A stretch of DNA of 64,000 nt from NCBI GenBank assembly GCA_029264995.1, contig JAJUKC010000004.1, positions 406 to 64,405 on the forward strand, read 5' to 3'. Source of the stretch: Marinobacter sp. GTDB taxonomy: Bacteria > Pseudomonadota > Gammaproteobacteria > Pseudomonadales > Oleiphilaceae. A program made the translations under genes and the position numbers. Every line of letters starts with the position of its first letter. The stretch's first letter is position 1. Below the pieces are notes generated by a model. The model was not told the DNA's origin and searched no databases. It was given only the letters and a program-made list of their open reading frames with translations. This document shows, one piece after another, positions 9,080-24,442 of the stretch.

Positions 9080-10035
9080 CCGGACGCCCGGACGATCAGG
9101 CCAATGAAGGTTATCAGCATCGCTCGGTACTGCTGGATGCGGCGGTCGATTATCTGGTTACGGATGGAAGTGGCCGTTATGTTGACGCCACCTTTGGCCG
9201 GGGCGGTCACAGCCGCCTGATTCTGGGAAAGCTGGGTCAGGGTGGCGAGCTTCTGGGTATCGATAAGGATCCGGAGGCTATTGCCGTTGCTAAAGATCTG
9301 GCATCCGGCGATTCCCGGTTTCAGTGGTATCACGGCTCGTTTGCCGAGCTGGATCTGGCGCTTGAGCGTCAGGAGTGGCCACAGGTTGATGGTGTGTTGA
9401 TGGATCTGGGGGTGTCGTCACCACAACTGGATGATGCTTCCCGGGGCTTTTCGTTCATGCGGGATGGCCCGTTGGACATGCGAATGAACCCGCAACAGGA
9501 GCCGAGTGCTGCCCAGTGGCTGGCCGAGGCGGATGAGCGGGAAATCGCAGATGTGATCTGGCGATACGGCGAGGAGCGGTTTTCTCGCCGTATCGCTCGT
9601 CTTGTGGTGGAGCGGCGTCAGGAGCAGCCGATTGAGACAACGCGGCAACTGGCAGAGTTGGTCGCCGAGGCTGTGCCCAAGAAAGAGAAGCACAAGCATC
9701 CGGCCACGCGGACGTTTCAGGCCATCCGGATTTTTATCAATCGGGAGCTTGAGGATCTGGAAGCTGGTCTGGCCGCCGCCGTTGACCACCTGGCTCCCGG
9801 TGGGCGCCTGGTGGTGATCAGCTTTCACTCTCTGGAGGATCGTCTGGTCAAGCGCTTCATGCGTGATCTGGCGCGGGGGCCAAAGCTGCCGAAAGGGATA
9901 CCGGTCACGGCGGAACAGGAAGAATCCGGATTCCGGTTGATTGGCAAAGCAAGCAAGGCCAATGAACAGGAAGTCAGTGAAAACGTCAGGGCTCGCAGCG
10001 CGGTCATGCGAGTGCTTGAGCGTAAAGCGAATTAA
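9076..10035 (+). CDS. rsmH: 16S rRNA m4C1402 methyltransferase
   Basis: [20 protein letters not shown] and ISFHSLEDR. Confidence 0.97.
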   Translation: MTGRPDDQANEGYQHRSVLLDAAVDYLVTDGSGRYVDATFGRGGHSRLILGKLGQGGELLGIDKDPEAIAVAKDLASGDSRFQWYHGSFAELDLALERQEWPQVDGVLMDLGVSSPQLDDASRGFSFMRDGPLDMRMNPQQEPSAAQWLAEADEREIADVIWRYGEERFSRRIARLVVERRQEQPIETTRQLAELVAEAVPKKEKHKHPATRTFQAIRIFINRELEDLEAGLAAAVDHLAPGGRLVVISFHSLEDRLVKRFMRDLARGPKLPKGIPVTAEQEESGFRLIGKASKANEQEVSENVRARSAVMRVLERKAN

Positions 10036-10061
10036 TCGAAAACGCAGGGGAGCACGACGCC

Positions 10062-10466
10062 ATGGGCGCGGTAGCGATTGAGCAACCAGTAAAAACCAAC
10101 AGGATAAACAAACAGCGGGTTCGCGAGGGTGTTGCGACAGCCGTTCGTTTGTCCCGTCAGGTGTTTGATGCAACACGGGAAAGCCGGGTTCTGGTGACGC
10201 TGGTGTTGGTGGCGGCACTGACGCTGTCGTCCATCGGGGTAGTGGTCAGTGCCCATGAGAACCGCGAGCTGTTCAATACGTTGTCGGGTCTGCAGGAGCA
10301 GCGCGATGCCTATCAGCGTGAGTGGAGTCAGTTGCTGCTGGAACAAAGTGCTTTGAGCGCTCACGGGCGGGTCGAGAAACTCGCTGCTGAGCGCTTCAAC
10401 ATGGTGGTGCCCGGGCGGCAGGACATTGTACTCGTGCCTTTGATGTCACCGCTGGCAGCGAACTAA
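10062..10466 (+). CDS. ftsL: Cell division protein FtsL
   Basis: Single TM helix plus a coiled coil EWSQLLLEQSAL; lies between rsmH and ftsI. Confidence 0.93.
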   Translation: MGAVAIEQPVKTNRINKQRVREGVATAVRLSRQVFDATRESRVLVTLVLVAALTLSSIGVVVSAHENRELFNTLSGLQEQRDAYQREWSQLLLEQSALSAHGRVEKLAAERFNMVVPGRQDIVLVPLMSPLAAN

Positions 10467-10496
10467 TACCAACAATAACCATCCGGGGTAACTGAA

Positions 10497-12239
10497 GTGT
10501 CCGGTCAGGGAACGCACGCAAACAGCTGGAAGCAGAGGCTGGTGGCAGGCTTGAAAGCCTGGCGCTTCGGCTCTGTGCTGGGCGTTTTCCTGGTGGTTGT
10601 GGCCGGTATTGCCTGGCGGTTGGTGGATCTTCACGTGGTGGATAATGACTTTCTGCGCAAGCAGGGAGATGTCAGGACCATTCGGGTTGAATCTATCGAT
10701 GCCCATCGTGGCGTGGTGACGGATCGTCATGGCGAGCCTTTGGCCGTCAGTACGCCAGTTCAGACCGTGTGGGCAAATCCTTCCGAAACCGATCCCGAAG
10801 ATCCGCAACTGGCAGTGCTTGCCCGGATTCTGGGGTTGTCAGAGGGAACGCTGCGGGAGCGCTTGCGCCAGTACGCCGGCCGCGAATTTATTTACCTGCG
10901 CCGCAAAGTGCAACCCTCCGTGGCGCGCGAAGCGCTGGCTCTGGGTGTCGGTGGTATCTATGCCCGGCAGGAATACCGTCGTTATTACCCGGCGGGAGAA
11001 GTCACCGCCCATGTGGTCGGGTTTACCGATATCGACGAGCATGGCCAGGAAGGCATCGAGTTAGCCTACAATAAATGGCTGACCGGTGAACCGGGCCAGA
11101 AACGGGTGCTCAAGGATAACCGTGGGCGCGTCATCAAAGATCTGATGCTTATCCGCGATGCTCGGCCGGGAAAAGACCTGGAACTGAGTATTGATCTTCG
11201 GCTCCAGTACCTGGCCTATCGCGAGCTCAAAGCCGTGGTCGGTGCTCACAAGGCTCGCGGCGGTACGCTGGTGATGCTGGATGTCGACACCGGTGAGGTG
11301 CTGGCCATGGTCAATCAGGGTTCCTATAACCCCAATGACCGGTCACAGCTTGCTGCGGAAAACTTGCGCAACAAGGCCATTACAGATCTGTTCGAGCCCG
11401 GCTCAACCATAAAGCCGCTAACCATAGCGGCCGCTCTGGAATCTGGTGAATACACGGTTAACAGCACCGTTGATACGTCACCGGGGTTTCGGCGGTTTGG
11501 TCGTTTCACCATTCGGGATCATCGCAATTACGGGGTGCTGGATCTGACCGAGATTATTGTCAAGTCCAGCAACGTCGGGGTGAGCAACATCGCAACAGAT
11601 CTGGGTGGCGATACCCTGAGGAATCTCTATGCCCGCCTGGGACTTGGCCAGGCAACCGGTATCGGCTTCCCGGGGGAAGCCGTTGGTGTTTTACCGGCAC
11701 CGCCAAAATGGCGACCGGTTGAAGAGTCCACCCTGTCTTATGGCTACGGCATGAGTGTTAACGCCTTGCAGCTGGCCCAGGCGTATATGGTTATTGCCAA
11801 TGGCGGAGTTCGTTATCCGCTCAGCCTGATGAAGCAGGAACAGAGGCCGCAGGGGCAACGTGTACTGTCGGAGCAGGTTACGCGGGCCGTGCGGGACATG
11901 CTCAAACAGGCGGTTGCCCGCGGTACTGGCAAGCGAGCCCAGCCAGGGTTGTATGCGGCCGGCGGTAAAACCGGGACCGTTCACCTGGTGGGGGCAAACG
12001 GGTACGAAGACAGTCAATACAAGGCCATCTTTGCCGGTATGGCACCGATTGATGACCCCAGAATTGTGACCGTTGTGGCCGTGGATGCGCCGCAGGCCGG
12101 GGAATACTACGGCGGTGAAGTTGCCGCGCCGGTATTCGCCCGGGTGATGGGTGGCGCGCTGCGACTGCTGAATGTGAAGCCTGAACTGGAAGTCAGCGAA
12201 ACCCGTGTTTCGCAAGTCACTTCCGGGGGGAGAGGGTAA
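10497..12239 (+). CDS. ftsI: PBP3 D,D-transpeptidase
   Basis: RRYYP, STIK (SxxK), SSN and KTG motifs. Confidence 0.96.
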   Translation: MSGQGTHANSWKQRLVAGLKAWRFGSVLGVFLVVVAGIAWRLVDLHVVDNDFLRKQGDVRTIRVESIDAHRGVVTDRHGEPLAVSTPVQTVWANPSETDPEDPQLAVLARILGLSEGTLRERLRQYAGREFIYLRRKVQPSVAREALALGVGGIYARQEYRRYYPAGEVTAHVVGFTDIDEHGQEGIELAYNKWLTGEPGQKRVLKDNRGRVIKDLMLIRDARPGKDLELSIDLRLQYLAYRELKAVVGAHKARGGTLVMLDVDTGEVLAMVNQGSYNPNDRSQLAAENLRNKAITDLFEPGSTIKPLTIAAALESGEYTVNSTVDTSPGFRRFGRFTIRDHRNYGVLDLTEIIVKSSNVGVSNIATDLGGDTLRNLYARLGLGQATGIGFPGEAVGVLPAPPKWRPVEESTLSYGYGMSVNALQLAQAYMVIANGGVRYPLSLMKQEQRPQGQRVLSEQVTRAVRDMLKQAVARGTGKRAQPGLYAAGGKTGTVHLVGANGYEDSQYKAIFAGMAPIDDPRIVTVVAVDAPQAGEYYGGEVAAPVFARVMGGALRLLNVKPELEVSETRVSQVTSGGRG

Positions 12240-12242
12240 GCC

Positions 12243-13727
12243 ATGTGCATCACATCAATCAGCACTTTGCTTCAGGGCATAATAGAGGTGCCATCGGTCT
12301 TCGATGTCACTATCCACGGCCTGAAGACTGATAGCCGGAAGGTGCAGTCCGGTGACGCTTTTATTGCCCTGGCCGGGGCCCGAACGCCCGCAGAGCACTA
12401 TATGGATCAGGCCATCAGCGCCGGCGCCACGGCTATTCTGCTTGATTCCGAGCGGGAGCGGGAGTGCCATGAGCGACACGGCGCGTTGATTGTGCCCGTG
12501 GTTGGTCTGCGCGCCCGTCTGGGCCGAATTGCTGATCGCTTCTTCGAGCATCCCTCGCGCCATCTGAGAGTGATCGGGGTTACCGGCACCAATGGCAAGA
12601 CGTCGGTAACCCAGTACATCTCTCAGTTGTTACGGGAAACCGGCACGCCCTGCGGGCTTCTGGGTACTCTGGGTTATGGCATGCCGGGCAGCATTGAGTC
12701 GGCTACCCATACCACGCCGGATGTGGTCCAGGTAAACCGGGTGTTGAACCGCATCCGCAATGAAGGCGGACGGGCTGCTGTGATGGAGGTTTCGTCACAC
12801 GCTCTGGACCAGGGCCGGGTAGATAACCTGACCATGACCGGTGCGGTGTTCACCAACCTCACGCGTGACCATCTGGATTATCACGGCTCCATGGAAGCCT
12901 ATGGTGAGGCCAAGGCCAGGCTGTTCATGCGGGAAGAGCTGCACTTTTCAGTGATCAACTTTGACGATCCGTTTGGTCGGCAGCTTTACGGTCAGCTTGA
13001 GGGCCAGTGTGACCGGGTTCGTTACAGTCTGCATGAAGCCCAGACCGAACTCTGGTTGAAGGAGTTTACGCCAACGGCCTCAGGATTCAGGGCGAGGGTC
13101 GATGGGCAATGGGGCGAGTTTGATCTGAATGTCCCCCTGTTAGGGAGTTTTAACGCCAGCAATGTACTGGCGGCGCTGGCTACGGTTCTGACGCTTGGCG
13201 TTCCCGTCGAGCGGGCGGTTTCGGTTGCCAGGGAACTGTCGCCGCCTCCCGGGCGTCTTGAACGATTCACCGGCTCCACCGGTAAGCATGTGGTGGTGGA
13301 CTATGCCCACACCCCGGATGCCCTGGCCAATGCCCTTGAAGCACTGCGGCCCCACACCCGGGGAAGGCTGATCTGCGTGTTCGGTTGCGGTGGCGACCGG
13401 GACCCCGGCAAGCGGCCGGAAATGGCGAAAGAGGCAGAAAAGCGGGCGGATTACGTCATCGTAACCGACGACAACCCGCGTACCGAGCAGCCTGAACGGA
13501 TTGTCAGCGACATTGCTTCTGGTTTCACTCAGGCTGGTCGCTGGCAGGTGATTCACGACCGTGCTCAGGCAATTGCCGAGGCGGTGGGCATGGCCAATGA
13601 GAATGATCTGGTGCTGATTGCCGGTAAAGGCCATGAGGCCTATCAGGAGATCAACGGCCAGAAGTTGCCGTTCAGCGATGCCGAGCAGGTACGTCATCTA
13701 TTGAACCTGAATGGAGGTGTGGCATGA
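12243..13727 (+). CDS. murE: UDP-MurNAc-dipeptide--meso-DAP ligase
   Basis: GTNGKT, MEVSSH, DYAHTPD and DNPR (DAP specificity). Confidence 0.97.
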   Translation: MCITSISTLLQGIIEVPSVFDVTIHGLKTDSRKVQSGDAFIALAGARTPAEHYMDQAISAGATAILLDSERERECHERHGALIVPVVGLRARLGRIADRFFEHPSRHLRVIGVTGTNGKTSVTQYISQLLRETGTPCGLLGTLGYGMPGSIESATHTTPDVVQVNRVLNRIRNEGGRAAVMEVSSHALDQGRVDNLTMTGAVFTNLTRDHLDYHGSMEAYGEAKARLFMREELHFSVINFDDPFGRQLYGQLEGQCDRVRYSLHEAQTELWLKEFTPTASGFRARVDGQWGEFDLNVPLLGSFNASNVLAALATVLTLGVPVERAVSVARELSPPPGRLERFTGSTGKHVVVDYAHTPDALANALEALRPHTRGRLICVFGCGGDRDPGKRPEMAKEAEKRADYVIVTDDNPRTEQPERIVSDIASGFTQAGRWQVIHDRAQAIAEAVGMANENDLVLIAGKGHEAYQEINGQKLPFSDAEQVRHLLNLNGGVA

Positions 13728-15121
13728 TGCGCGCCTTTTCGCTGGCGGAAGCTCGCGAGTGGCTTCAGGCCACTCTCGCAGGGCCGCGCACCGATGCCGG
13801 CGAACTCTGGTTTGATGGCGTGTCCACGGACACCCGGTCCGTTGGCGAAGGGCAGCTGTTTGTTGCCCTGCGCGGTGAGCGCTTTGATGGCCATGAATTC
13901 CTGGGCCAGGCCCTGAAACAGGGTGCCGTTGCCGCCGTTGTGGATACCGAGATCACCGACGTTGCCATTCCGCAACTGGTGGTTGGCGATACGGTGCAGG
14001 CACTGGCCGATCTGGCTAGCGGCAATCGTAGTGAAAGCACGGCCCGGCTGGTCGCGATTACCGGCAGCAGTGGCAAAACCACGGTGCGTGAAATGACCGG
14101 GGCAATTCTCGCCGGCATGGGGCCGACCCTGGTGACTGAAGGCAACCTGAATAATCACATCGGTGTGCCTCTGACCCTGTTTCGGCTGACGCCTGATCAT
14201 CAGTTCGGAGCCATTGAGCTGGGTGCCAGTGGTCTTGGCGAAATCGCTCACACGGTGTCGATTACCCGGCCGCAGGTTGCGATTCTGACCAATGCAGGGC
14301 AGGCGCACCTGGAGGGCTTTGGCAGTTACCAGAATATTGTTCAGGCCAAAGGCGAGATTATTGATGGCGTGCCTGCAGATGGCGCCGTCGTGCTGAACCG
14401 GGACGATCCCGCCTTTGATCAGTGGCATGCCCGTGCGGGCCAACGGCGGGTGTTGGGCGTTTCCCGGATGGGGCACCTGGCCGCGGATTACCGCGCTGAA
14501 GCGATCACGGCCACTGATCAGGGGTTTGAATTCAGGGTGCTGGGGCCGGACAGCTGGCGCTGTCATCTGGTGCTGGGGTTGCCAGGTGAGCACAACATTA
14601 CCAATGCTCTGCTGGCTCTCGCGGCCTGCAGGGAACTGGGTGCGACGGACCAGCAGGTTCAGTCCGGGCTCATGCAGGTACAAGCCGTGAAGGGCCGTCT
14701 CCAGGTGCTCAAACCGGCACCGGACCTGACCTTGATTGATGACAGTTACAACGCCAATCCGGCGTCTATGAAAGCGGCTCTGGACGTTCTGGCGTCGTAC
14801 CCGGCGCCCCGGCTGGCGGTATTCGGCGCCATGGCAGAGCTGGGCGATGAGGCAGATGAGTTGCACCGGCAGGTGGGTGAACATGCCCGTGCCCGTGGAA
14901 TCGAGAAGGTTATGGTGGTGGGAGCCGGGGGTAGCGGCTACGGCACCGGATTTGGTGACGAGACAGAGTTTTTCCCGAGTCATGAGCAGGCGGTGGACGC
15001 CATTGTGGCGGGCCGGAGTGGTGCTATGACGGTCCTGGTGAAAGGTTCTCGTAGTTCCGCCATGGATCGCGTGGTGGAGGGGATTCAGAAAAAGGTGAAG
15101 AACGCATGCTGCTCTGGCTGA
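13724..15121 (+). CDS. murF: UDP-MurNAc-tripeptide--D-Ala-D-Ala ligase
   Basis: [24 protein letters not shown] and LVKGSR. Confidence 0.97.
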   Translation: MMRAFSLAEAREWLQATLAGPRTDAGELWFDGVSTDTRSVGEGQLFVALRGERFDGHEFLGQALKQGAVAAVVDTEITDVAIPQLVVGDTVQALADLASGNRSESTARLVAITGSSGKTTVREMTGAILAGMGPTLVTEGNLNNHIGVPLTLFRLTPDHQFGAIELGASGLGEIAHTVSITRPQVAILTNAGQAHLEGFGSYQNIVQAKGEIIDGVPADGAVVLNRDDPAFDQWHARAGQRRVLGVSRMGHLAADYRAEAITATDQGFEFRVLGPDSWRCHLVLGLPGEHNITNALLALAACRELGATDQQVQSGLMQVQAVKGRLQVLKPAPDLTLIDDSYNANPASMKAALDVLASYPAPRLAVFGAMAELGDEADELHRQVGEHARARGIEKVMVVGAGGSGYGTGFGDETEFFPSHEQAVDAIVAGRSGAMTVLVKGSRSSAMDRVVEGIQKKVKNACCSG

Positions 15122-16191
15122 CAGAGATACTATCGCAATACTTTTCGTCGCTGACGGTGTTTCAGTACCTGACACTGCGGGCGATCCTGGGCACCCTCAC
15201 GGCGCTGCTGATCTCGCTGGTGATCGGCCCGGTGATGATTCGCAAGCTGAGTCAGTACCAGATCGGCCAGGCTGTGCGTGATGACGGCCCCCAGACTCAC
15301 CTGAGCAAGGCCGGCACGCCGACCATGGGCGGTGCCCTGATTCTGGTGGCCATCGCTATTTCCACCCTGCTGTGGGCAGATCTGACCAATCGTTATGTCT
15401 GGGTGGTATTGCTGGTTACCCTGCTGTTCGGTGCCATTGGCTGGGTGGATGACTACCGCAAGGTGGTGGAGCGCAATCCCCGGGGCCTGCCGGCACGCTG
15501 GAAATATTTCTGGCAGTCGGTGATCGGCGCCACGGCCGCTATCGTGCTTTATGTCACAGCGTCATTGCCCCAGGAAACCTCGCTCTATCTGCCGTTCCTG
15601 AAAAATGTCTCGCTCACCCTGGGACCGGTGTTGTTCATCCTGCTGACCTACTTCGTGATTGTCGGTAGCAGCAACGCGGTGAACCTGACAGACGGTCTCG
15701 ATGGTCTGGCCATCATGCCGACCGTCATGGTGGCGGGAGCTCTGGCCATTTTTGCTTACCTCTCGGGCCATGCGCAGTTCGCCAATTACCTGCTGATTCC
15801 GCATCTGCCCGGAACCGGTGAGCTGATCATTTTCTGCGGAGCCCTGGTGGGCGCAGGGCTCGGGTTCCTGTGGTTCAACACCTACCCGGCTCAGGTATTC
15901 ATGGGCGATGTCGGTGCCCTTGCCCTGGGAGCCGCCCTGGGCACAGTGGCTGTCATCGTCCGGCAGGAAATTGTGTTGTTCATCATGGGCGGCGTGTTCG
16001 TGATGGAAACCATTTCGGTGATTCTGCAGGTGGCCTCATTCCGGCTCACGGGCCGGCGGATTTTCCGGATGGCACCGCTGCACCATCATTTTGAATTGAA
16101 AGGCTGGCCCGAGCCGCGAGTTATTGTCCGGTTCTGGGTTGTCACTGTTGTTCTCGTTCTGATTGGCCTGGCCAGTCTGAAAATCCGATAG
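15106..16191 (+). CDS. mraY: Phospho-MurNAc-pentapeptide transferase
   Basis: [23 protein letters not shown] and APLHHHFE. Confidence 0.98.
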   Translation: MLLWLTEILSQYFSSLTVFQYLTLRAILGTLTALLISLVIGPVMIRKLSQYQIGQAVRDDGPQTHLSKAGTPTMGGALILVAIAISTLLWADLTNRYVWVVLLVTLLFGAIGWVDDYRKVVERNPRGLPARWKYFWQSVIGATAAIVLYVTASLPQETSLYLPFLKNVSLTLGPVLFILLTYFVIVGSSNAVNLTDGLDGLAIMPTVMVAGALAIFAYLSGHAQFANYLLIPHLPGTGELIIFCGALVGAGLGFLWFNTYPAQVFMGDVGALALGAALGTVAVIVRQEIVLFIMGGVFVMETISVILQVASFRLTGRRIFRMAPLHHHFELKGWPEPRVIVRFWVVTVVLVLIGLASLKIR

Positions 16192-16206
16192 GAAACTGCT
16201 TCGGCT

Positions 16207-17547
16207 ATGAGTGTCATTGTTTCGGATCGTCGCACGTTAATCGTAGGGCTCGGCAAGACCGGGCTTTCCTGCGTGCGTTACCTGTCCGGGCAGGGGCGTG
16301 AGATTGCCGTGGCCGATAGTCGTCTTCAGCCGCCGGGGCTGGACGAACTGAAGGCCGGTTGGCCGGATGTCCCGGTTTATCTGGGCGACTTCGATGAGGC
16401 TCTGTTTGCTGGCTTCAATGAGCTGGTGGTAAGCCCTGGAATCAGTATTGCAGAGCCGGCGATTGCCGGTGCGGCGGCCCGGGGCGCCCGGATTCGCGGC
16501 GACATCGATCTGTTTGCCGATGCGGCCGATGCGCCGATCATCGCCATCACCGGCTCTAACGGCAAAACCACAGTAACAACCCTGGTTGGGGAAATGGCAC
16601 GGGCAGCGGGCCGCAATGTGCAGGTGGGCGGCAATATCGGTACGCCCGCGCTGGATTTGCTGGAGCAGGGTGCGGATCTCTATGTACTGGAGCTGTCGAG
16701 TTTTCAGCTGGAGACCACCGAAGAACTCGGGGCGCTGGCGGCCACTGTGTTGAATGTCAGCGATGATCACATGGACCGGTACCCGGACAAGATGGCGTAT
16801 TTCCAGGCCAAACAACGGATCTACCGAGGCTGCAAAAATGCCATCGTGAACCTCGACGATGCCCTGAGCACGCCCATGGCTCGGGATACCCTGAGGTTTC
16901 TGTGTTTTGGCTTCAACCGCGTGAATCCGGAGACCTTCAGTACCCGGGATGATGACGAGGGCACCTGGATTACCTGGGGCCTGGAAAATCTGTTGCTGGC
17001 CAGTGAACTCCAGTTGATGGGGCGGCATAACATCAGCAACGTGATGGCGGCCCTGGCCCTGGGATACGCGGCCGGCCTGGCCATGGAGCCCATGCTGGAG
17101 GTCGCTCGCCGTTTCCGGGGGCTGCCTCATCGCTGTGAATTTGTCCGCAACCTGGATGGCGTGGATTACATCAACGATTCCAAAGGCACCAATGTTGGTG
17201 CCACGGCCGCGGCCATTGAAAGCCTGGTGCCGGATTCAGGCAAGGTGATCCTGATCGCTGGCGGAGATGGTAAAGGGGCGGATTTCCAGCCGCTCGCGGA
17301 GCCGGTGGCCGCATGCTGTCGCGCGTTGGTACTGATTGGCCGGGATGCCGGCAAGATTTCCCGGGCGGTCGGTGCGTCGGTGCCACAGCATCGCGCAACC
17401 TCCCTGCAGGAGGCAGTCAGGCTTGCCCGCCAGGCGGCTGAGCCAGGCGATCGGGTGCTGTTGTCTCCAGCCTGTGCCAGTTTTGACATGTTCCGGGATT
17501 ACAACGATCGCGGAGAACAGTTCCGCACCTTGGTGGAGGGGCTGTGA
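16207..17547 (+). CDS. murD: UDP-MurNAc-L-Ala--D-Glu ligase
   Basis: GSNGKTT, ELSSFQLE, NDSKGTN and SPACASFD. Confidence 0.97.
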   Translation: MSVIVSDRRTLIVGLGKTGLSCVRYLSGQGREIAVADSRLQPPGLDELKAGWPDVPVYLGDFDEALFAGFNELVVSPGISIAEPAIAGAAARGARIRGDIDLFADAADAPIIAITGSNGKTTVTTLVGEMARAAGRNVQVGGNIGTPALDLLEQGADLYVLELSSFQLETTEELGALAATVLNVSDDHMDRYPDKMAYFQAKQRIYRGCKNAIVNLDDALSTPMARDTLRFLCFGFNRVNPETFSTRDDDEGTWITWGLENLLLASELQLMGRHNISNVMAALALGYAAGLAMEPMLEVARRFRGLPHRCEFVRNLDGVDYINDSKGTNVGATAAAIESLVPDSGKVILIAGGDGKGADFQPLAEPVAACCRALVLIGRDAGKISRAVGASVPQHRATSLQEAVRLARQAAEPGDRVLLSPACASFDMFRDYNDRGEQFRTLVEGL

Positions 17548-18746
17548 TGCAGGCAGGCGTCAGCGTTCCTCATTATCAGGGTATGGCGGGTGAGCTGCAG
17601 CCGCTGCCGGTGCTGATTATTACCTCCGTGGCCTTGCTGGTGACCGGTGTAGTGATGATTTCGTCAGCGTCGATGGACATGGCGGCCGCCACGTTGGGCA
17701 ACAGTTACCACTACGTTATTCGCCAGATTCTGTTCGCCGGTCTTGGCTGTGCCACGGCTCTTGTTGCTGTCAACGTGCCGATATCCTGGTGGGAGCGCAG
17801 CGGATGGCTGCTGCTGGGGATTGGCCTTCTGGTATTGGTGCTGGTACTGACGCCGCTCGGCCGCACGGTTAATGGTTCTACCCGGTGGATTCCCATGGGG
17901 CTGTTCAATGTTCAGGTGTCTGAAGTCGCCAAGCTCTGCCTCATCGCCTACCTGGCCGGTTATGTGGTCCGTCGTCGGGAAGAACTGCTCCATACCTGGC
18001 CAGGCTTCCTGAAACCCCTGGGGGTTTTGGGCGTGGCATCGGTGCTGCTGGTTATCCAGCCCGACTTCGGCGCAACGGTGGTGCTGGTGACGGCAGCGGC
18101 CGGCATGATTTTTCTCAGTGGCGTGAGGCTTAGCCGGTTCATGCCGTTGATTGGCGTACTGGCGGCGCTGGGTACGACTCTGGTGGTCACCCAGCCGTAT
18201 CGATTGAAGCGGGTGGTCAGCTATCTCGACCCCTGGAAAGACCAGTTCGACAGTGGTTATCAGCTCACTCAGTCACTGATTGCCTTTGGTCGAGGCGAGT
18301 GGGTGGGCGTTGGCCTGGGGAACTCAGTGCAGAAACTGTTCTTCCTGCCAGAGGCCCATACGGACTTTATCTACGCGATTATTGCCGAGGAGTTCGGCCT
18401 GCTCGGAGCACTGGTGGTGCTGGGCCTGTTTGCCGCGCTGGTGGTCAGTGGCCTGGTGATTGCCCGGCGTGCGGAGAAAGCCGGTATGGCGTTCGGCGCC
18501 TGTTTCAGCTACGGCATCACGCTACTGATCGGGTTGCAGGCGGGCATCAACATGGCAGTGAGTACAGGGCTGTTGCCAACCAAAGGCTTGACCCTGCCTC
18601 TGGTCAGTTATGGCGGCTCCAGCCTGATGGTTACCTGCATTGGTATCGCCGTTATCGCCCGGGTAGAGCTGGAGCGTCAGGATAGGGCCAGGGTGGCATC
18701 GGAAACAAAGGGCAACCGGAACAAAGGAGGAGCGGTGTATGACTGA
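17547..18746 (+). CDS. ftsW: SEDS peptidoglycan polymerase FtsW
   Basis: NGSTRW, QPDFG, LPEAHTDF and PTKGLTLPLVSYGGSS. Confidence 0.96.
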   Translation: MQAGVSVPHYQGMAGELQPLPVLIITSVALLVTGVVMISSASMDMAAATLGNSYHYVIRQILFAGLGCATALVAVNVPISWWERSGWLLLGIGLLVLVLVLTPLGRTVNGSTRWIPMGLFNVQVSEVAKLCLIAYLAGYVVRRREELLHTWPGFLKPLGVLGVASVLLVIQPDFGATVVLVTAAAGMIFLSGVRLSRFMPLIGVLAALGTTLVVTQPYRLKRVVSYLDPWKDQFDSGYQLTQSLIAFGRGEWVGVGLGNSVQKLFFLPEAHTDFIYAIIAEEFGLLGALVVLGLFAALVVSGLVIARRAEKAGMAFGACFSYGITLLIGLQAGINMAVSTGLLPTKGLTLPLVSYGGSSLMVTCIGIAVIARVELERQDRARVASETKGNRNKGGAVYD

Positions 18747-19822
18747 TTCACCTCGCCGTCGCTTCCTGATGATGGCCGGTGGCACTGGCGGCCATGTGTT
18801 TCCTGCATTGGCTACGGCTCGCGCGTTGCAACAACGGGGGCACGAGGTGCACTGGCTCGGGGCCAGCGGCGGCATGGAAGAGCGGCTGATTGGCGACACC
18901 GATATTCCGCTGTCGCTCATTCACATTTCCGGCCTGCGCGGTAAAGGCAAGCTGGCGCTTCTGCTGGCGCCGTTCCGGTTGATGCGGGCTCTGGGCGAAG
19001 CCTACACCCATTTGCGCCGGATCCGCCCCGACTGCGTGGTGGGTATGGGCGGTTTTGTCACCGGGCCGGGGGGCATTGCCGCCTGGCTGATGCGCAAGCC
19101 TCTGGTGATTCATGAACAGAATGCCATCGCCGGGATGACCAACCGCTGGCTCACACGTTTTTCCGAAACCGTGCTGGAAGCGTTTCCTGGCAGTTTCGGT
19201 GACCAGACGGTTACCCGTTGTACTGGCAATCCGGTGCGGGGCGAAGTGGCTACGATGGACGCCCCCGAACAACGGTTGGCGGGCCGTAGCGGCAAGCTCC
19301 GGGTGTTGGTTATTGGTGGCAGTCTGGGAGCCCAGGTGTTCAATCAGCAACTGCCGCAGGCGCTGGCACTGATGCCGGAGGCAGATCGTCCGGAAGTGCG
19401 GCACCAGTGTGGCGAGAAAAATCTTGAGGCAGCCCAGGCGGCCTACGAAGAAGCCGGAGTAAACGCCACTGTTGAGCCCTTTATCCGCGATATGGCGGAG
19501 GCCTACGGCTGGGCTGATCTGGTGATCTGTCGTGCCGGTGCGCTGACGGTGTCTGAACTCTGTGCGGCCGGAATTGGCGCGATTTTGGTGCCATTCCCCC
19601 ACGCGGTCGATGACCACCAGACCCGTAACGGCCAGCACATGGTGAAAGCCGGGGCGGCCATCCTGGTTCCACAGCCCAGGCTGACCCCGGAGGTGCTGGC
19701 GGAAACCCTGAAGGATCTGGCAACAGATCGAAAACGAATTCTGACCATGGCGAAGGCCGCCCGCTCGCTGGCCCGTCCCGATGCAACGGAGAGAGTCGTG
19801 AATTACTGTCTGGAGGCCGCCA

Positions 19823-19830
<8 letters not shown>
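18739..19830 (+). CDS. murG: Lipid I GlcNAc transferase
   Basis: GGTGGH, HEQN, GNPVR, GGSLGA and RAGALTVSE. Confidence 0.97.
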
Positions 19831-23070
<3,240 letters not shown>

Positions 23071-23106
23071 TAACGATTACTACGAACCTGGGGTTTGGTG
23101 AAACAC

Positions 23107-24342
23107 ATGTCATCGGTTGAAACGGAAAACATGATTGTCGGCCTGGATATTGGAACCTCCAAGGTGGTGGCGATAGTCGGCAAGCGCAAGATGGATGGAA
23201 CCATCGAAGTGGTCGGTATCGGCTCACACCCGTCCCGGGGGCTCAAGCGCGGCGTTGTGGTGAACATTGAAACCACGGTACAGGCCATCCAGCGCGCGGT
23301 CGAAGAGGCCGAGCTGATGGCAGGTTGTCGCATCCATTCGGTGTACGCCGGTATTGCCGGCAGCCACATCAAGAGCCTGAATTCCCACGGCATCGTGGCG
23401 ATCCGGGACCGGGAAGTCACCCAGGCGGATATTGACCGGGTGATTGACGCTGCCCAGGCGGTGGCGATTCCGGCAGACCAGAAGATCCTGCACATCCTGC
23501 CTCAGGAGTTCGTCATTGATAACCAGGAAGGTATCAAGGAACCGATGGGGATGTCCGGTGTGCGGCTGGAGGCCAAGGTGCACCTGGTGACCTGTGCCGT
23601 GAATGCGGCCCAGAACATCGAAAAGTGTGTCAAACGCTGTGGCCTCGAAGTGGACGACATCATTCTGGAGCAACTGGCTTCCAGCCACGCCATCCTCACC
23701 GAGGATGAAAAGGAGCTGGGTGTCTGTGTGGTGGATGTCGGTGGTGGCACAACCGACATTGCGGTGTTCACTGGCGGGGCCATTCGCCATACCGCGGTCA
23801 TCCCGATCGCCGGTGATCAGGTGACCAACGACATTGCCATGGCGTTGCGCACGCCCACCCAGAATGCCGAAGAGATCAAGATCAAGTACGCCTGTGCCCT
23901 GACCCAGCTGGCGGGCGCTGAGGAAACCATCAAAGTACCCAGCGTGGGAGACCGGGCTCCGCGGGATCTTTCGCGCCAGGCTCTGGCTGAGGTCGTTGAG
24001 CCCCGCTATGAGGAGCTGTTCACGCTGGTGCAGTCTGAGTTACGCCGGTCCGGGTTCGAGGATCTGATCCCGGCAGGCATCGTGATTACAGGCGGCTCGT
24101 CCACCATGGAAGGGGTGGTGGAGCTGGCCGAAGAAATCTTCCACATGCCGGTAAGGCTGGCCTGTCCGCAGGCGGTTTCCGGCATGACGGAAGTGGTCAA
24201 CAACCCGATATACGCCACCGGCGTGGGATTGTTGATCCATGGCTTCCGGCAAATGGATCTTGGCCGGGCGCCGGTGCTCAAGGGGGAGGAGGCTCCCTCG
24301 CTGGTTGAGCGCATGAAAGCCTGGTTCACCGGTCATTTCTGA
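23107..24342 (+). CDS. ftsA: Cell division protein FtsA
   Basis: GLDIGTSKV, DVGGGTTD and a C-terminal amphipathic helix. Confidence 0.97.
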   Translation: MSSVETENMIVGLDIGTSKVVAIVGKRKMDGTIEVVGIGSHPSRGLKRGVVVNIETTVQAIQRAVEEAELMAGCRIHSVYAGIAGSHIKSLNSHGIVAIRDREVTQADIDRVIDAAQAVAIPADQKILHILPQEFVIDNQEGIKEPMGMSGVRLEAKVHLVTCAVNAAQNIEKCVKRCGLEVDDIILEQLASSHAILTEDEKELGVCVVDVGGGTTDIAVFTGGAIRHTAVIPIAGDQVTNDIAMALRTPTQNAEEIKIKYACALTQLAGAEETIKVPSVGDRAPRDLSRQALAEVVEPRYEELFTLVQSELRRSGFEDLIPAGIVITGGSSTMEGVVELAEEIFHMPVRLACPQAVSGMTEVVNNPIYATGVGLLIHGFRQMDLGRAPVLKGEEAPSLVERMKAWFTGHF

Positions 24343-24442
24343 CGGTGTTCCGGTTGCAGTACACGAAGGTCTCTCGAAAAAAACACAACGATTGAAGCAA
24401 CCGGCCTGGAAAGGCCGGACACAGCACGAAGGAGTAGGGGAA